From NCBI GenBank assembly GCA_032718475.1, contig JAUCBJ010008532.1, forward strand, positions 17,608-81,607: 64,000 nucleotides of DNA. Reading direction: 5' to 3'. The position numbers and the translations under genes were made by a program. The notes under the pieces are model-generated. The model searched no databases and was not told the DNA's origin. It saw only the letters and a program-made list of their open reading frames with translations. The stretch is from Nemertoderma westbladi. Its lineage: Eukaryota > Animalia > Xenacoelomorpha. Shown here one piece after another: positions 60,176 to 64,000 of the stretch. Within the stretch, counting starts at the first letter, position 1. Each line of letters opens with the position of its first letter.

Positions 60176-61737
60176 CCCTATTAAACCCGGGGGGGGGGGG
60201 GGGGTCAATATGACCCCCCCCCCGTGGTTTTTTTATTATAATTCTGAAACAAACGCAGTTGGGAATCTGAAATTTATGACTTTTCCTAAAAATCTATTGT
60301 CTTCCTAGTAGTGAAAACCGTTTTCAAAAATATTGGGTACTTTTCGAGTTATAGCACCATTTTTTAACCCTACTTTTGGCACTTTTTTTGAGACGTTTTT
60401 TGAAAATTACATTTCATTAAATATGAATTGTAACATCTCTATTTTCGATTTACACCTGTTTTTTGGTGTTAGAAATTGGATGGAATTCATATAAATTGAT
60501 TTAGAAATTTCAAACTTGTTTTTTTCGGTGGGTGCCAAATTTTGGTGCCAGCACCAAATTTTGAAATATGTCAATTTTGTAAATTGATTGTTTGAAACTT
60601 GTTTTTTTACGCAATTGGGGTTTTTTGGGGTTCTGGATTCGATAAAATATATACGAGTTGCACCAAGCGTATCAAACTTGTATTTTTTCGGTGCTGTGTG
60701 CAAATTTTGGTGCTAGCACGAAATTTTGAAAATCCATTCAATAGATAAAATTGCTTGTGACAATTTATTTCTTGCGTTTTAGAGGTTTATGGCTGTTCTG
60801 AATTCAATGGCATATATAATTATCGAACTAGACATCTCAAACTTGTATTTTTCGGATGTGGGTGCAAAATGTGGTGCTAGCACCAAATTTTGAAAACCAT
60901 CAAATAAATCAATTGATTGTGTCACCTTGTTTCTTGCGTTATAGGGGTTTGTGATGGTTCTGAATTCAATGGAATCAGCAAAAATTTCATAAGAGTTCTC
61001 AAACTTGTATTTTTCGCCGGTGGGTGAAAATTGTTGTGCCAGCAACAAATTTTGGAAAATATGCAAATTGATCAGTAGATAGTATCACCTTGTTTCTTGC
61101 GTTATACGGGTTTATGAGGGTCCTGAATCCGATGGAATCAATAAAAACAGCACTGGACATCGCAAACTTGTACTTTTTGGTGATGGGTACGAAATTTGGT
61201 GCTAGCATCAAAATTTGCCAAATTACGCCGAAAAATACAAGTAGCAATGATCTGGCATATTATAAATGTATTCCATTAGAATCAGGGCCCTCGAAAACCT
61301 GAAAATGTGAATTTATAGCATCGTATAAGTGAATTAAAAATTTTGTGTTCTAACTGAAAAGTGCTGGTTACTTGTTTTTTTCATTTTTTTCCTACGCAGA
61401 GAGGACTAAACAGCCATTTATAGTAATCATATCATTTTTAAATATTTTCCAATGTATTTTGCGCCCCAGAAAACCTGTATTGAAAAATAATTAGGCGAAA
61501 ATGTAACTTTCAAATTTTGTGAAAATTGTGCACTACTTGTAATTTTGGTGCTGCAATATAACCACCCCAGTACATTTTTTCGAAAATTTTTTTTTTCGGT
61601 CGGATCCTGACAAGTGATACCTACGTACAAACAAAAAATCAGACGTTTTCGTAAATATTTGTAGATTTTAGAGGGGGGGGTCAATATGACCCCCTCCCGG
61701 TATTTGTACAACATTTTATAGCCCGGTACTAATAGGG
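60176..61737. mobile_element. piggyBac-like MITE, complete
   Basis: TTAA TSD on both sides; CCCTATTA...TAATAGGG termini; non-coding. Confidence 0.9.
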
Positions 61738-62459
61738 TTAATGGTAAAGTAAGGGACAATTTTCAATTGGCCGCCATGATATTTCTGAAGGAGTGAAGAT
61801 GAAACTAATTGTTTTATACGATGACGCAACACAAACGTGCTTTGCATTCCACTGGGTGATTAGGCTGAGTTACATCTCTGTGAGTAAACTAAAAATTTCC
61901 CTATTTTAGCTAAAGTATGGGACATCACAAGATTAACTTTATCGATTTCATTACAGAGGAACGAAACACTGGTGAAATTAAATAAAACCAAAAAAATTCG
62001 AAAATGGGTTTGTTTTTCATTTGGTACATGCTCAGAAATGTTAATTTATAGGTCATAGGAAGGAAGTGCCTACAGGAAACGAAACTTTTGCACACTTTTA
62101 TTCACATTTTGTGCAGAACATGTGCATAATTTGTAATTTGACTATTTTTGAGAAACCACCTGTGTTGATACAATTTTTAGCACTGAATTCATAAAGTACG
62201 ATAAATTTCGACCTAAAATAAGTATAAATTAAAAGCTACATCTCCTTTTTCGAAATTAGTGGGGAGGTTGACCTTTTCATGGAATGAGCCATATTATGAT
62301 AAATGTTAAATTATTGTAATAATAATTACATCCTGCCACCAATTCAAAAATCCCTCTTTATTATATTACGAGGGTTCTATGTGATTAGGTCCTCCTAATA
62401 ACATGTTATTAAGGAGAGATACGCACAAAACACAGGTTAGTAAAATACACATAGTTTAT

Positions 62460-63610
62460 TTAAAGCTACCATTAGATATGAGCAAAATGAATTTTATTTA
62501 ATCGGTGTTGTTATGACAAAAAGCGATAACGAAATCGTACTCCGGTTCATGTATACGTGTTTAGGGCAGGTACAGTATGATGTACAGTAAACGAAGTGTT
62601 AAAAAGGGGGGGTTAGAAGAAAGGCGATAACGTAGGCCATACTCAGAGTAAAAGGTATTATTAATATTAGGGTTAATGTGTTATGACAAAAGGCAATAAC
62701 GAAGTAGTACTCAGAGAAAAGGTAATTAATAATATTGGAGTTAATGTGTTACGACAAAAGGCAATAACGAAGTCGTAAAATAACCCAGTCCCAGGATGGT
62801 AAGACACAGTCACACAGAGTAAAAGGTATTAATAATATTGGGGTTAATCTGTTACGACAAAAGGCAATAACGAAGTCGTACTCCTGTGTGGGGTTGGGAC
62901 AGGTATGATGTGCAGTACACGAAGTATTAAATAGGGTATTAAATAAAAATAATCGTTATATCGTGCACAAATACAAATATCCCAGTGCCAGGATGATAAA
63001 GCACCGCGTACAACGTATTAGTGTTATAGTGTTAATAGTGTTATTTGGGTTTATATAGCATGTTAAGACAAAAGTTAATAATGAAATCGTAGGACAAATA
63101 TTGAAGATTTATTTCGTGCACAAATACAAAAGTACAATAAAATTACTAATCCTCAGGATGGTAAAGTCCATGGGAGGCCTTATATTAATTATATTAAATC
63201 GCTGGTTGGCATATATTTAGAGGTGGGTTATGTAGCTTAATAAGGTTAGCTTCGGCTGCCAGTAGTGCGACAGTTTGTATGTACTGATCGCACAGATTCG
63301 GAAGGATTGCATCCCACACCCGAAAAGATGCCGAGCGAGTAGGATATCGCCATGAGTCTTTCCATCGTTTGCTCTTTTGGGGTATGTTTAATCGTGTTTT
63401 GATGTCCGTTAATGCGTTCATGCAACCTTTGTATGGTTTTCCCAATATAGAAACTGTCCATGTGGATAGCACACCAAGCGGTATAAAGGATATGGTGTGA
63501 TTTGCAAGTAAATGAGCCAGAAATATTAGTTCCCCATGGAGTGCGGGGACGATTGGTAATGTGTTTGCATGTTAGGCATCCTGGAGATTTACATGGGTTG
63601 TTACGGTGTC
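62460..63610 (-). mobile_element. Second Penelope-like 3' fragment (GIY-YIG plus repetitive 3' region)
   Basis: CKSPGCLTC..FTCKSHHILY..C..FYIGKT..LHERINGH..EANLI...PPLN, frameshifted; followed by degenerate tandem repeats (boundary uncertain). Confidence 0.75.
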
Positions 63611-63750
63611 GTCGCGTTACGGCTAATGTCGCGTTACGGCTAATTTTTTGAGAGATTAGCCGTAACGCGACTTTCAAAGTCGCGGTACGGCTACTCTAAA
63701 ACGGCTACTCTAAAAGTCGCGTTACGGCTAATTGTCGCGTTACGGCTAAT
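63608..63750. repeat. Short tandem array of GTCGCGTTACGGCTA
   Basis: Several direct copies and one inverted copy; truncates the PLE ORF. Confidence 0.75.
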
Positions 63751-64000
63751 CTATTGTCTTGGTTTTACATAGGGAATCATTATCAATATTATTCTATGGT
63801 GTTTACGTACAGGTGAGGTCCGAAAAATGTAATGTAATAATGTTTTACAGCATGGGAGTCTCCGGGGGTGGATTTTACCATCTTTCATAAACTGTATGTT
63901 CTTCGACAACCTCACATTCAATATTTTAATATAATATTGTATTCTGTGGTATTCTTAGTCACAGCCTCAAGCACAGGTACGGATTACAGCCAATAATAGC

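Larger units (their letters stand above)
55682..62290. mobile_element. Probable non-autonomous TIR element hosting two MITEs and a LINE
   Basis: ATAT|GGCTCATTCCA ... TGGAATGAGCC|ATAT; recurring internal motif GGTAAAGTA(T/C)GGGAC; superfamily unresolved. Confidence 0.5.

Noticed and set aside
63100-63165. Possible hammerhead ribozyme in the Penelope 3' region (minus-strand CTGAGGA...GAAA)
   Set aside because: Could not form convincing stems I-III; an Infernal search would be needed.

Overview
AT-rich, repeat-dense animal (probably marine invertebrate) genomic DNA, not prokaryotic. Host genes: the last two coding exons of a Wnt1-like gene (minus strand, 6695-6528 and 6054-5845; no upstream exons found in the window), an intronless class A peptide-type GPCR (plus strand, 39388-40590), and possibly the 3' end of an unidentified plus-strand gene at the left edge. 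Most of the rest is transposable elements. These are a BEL/Pao element whose intact 1389-aa ORF lacks RT and integrase, a related solo LTR, a young intact GalEa-type Copia with identical LTRs, a five-level nest (Gypsy LTR > Mutator > MITE > TA-targeting TIR element > IS3EU-like foldback), Academ, EnSpm-like, piggyBac-like MITEs, an RTE-group LINE and two Penelope fragments. Two orphan minus-strand ORFs (about 17.1-17.6 kb and 21.6-22.1 kb) may have a PC4/PUR-like ssDNA-binding fold. All assignments are by eye; no searches were run.
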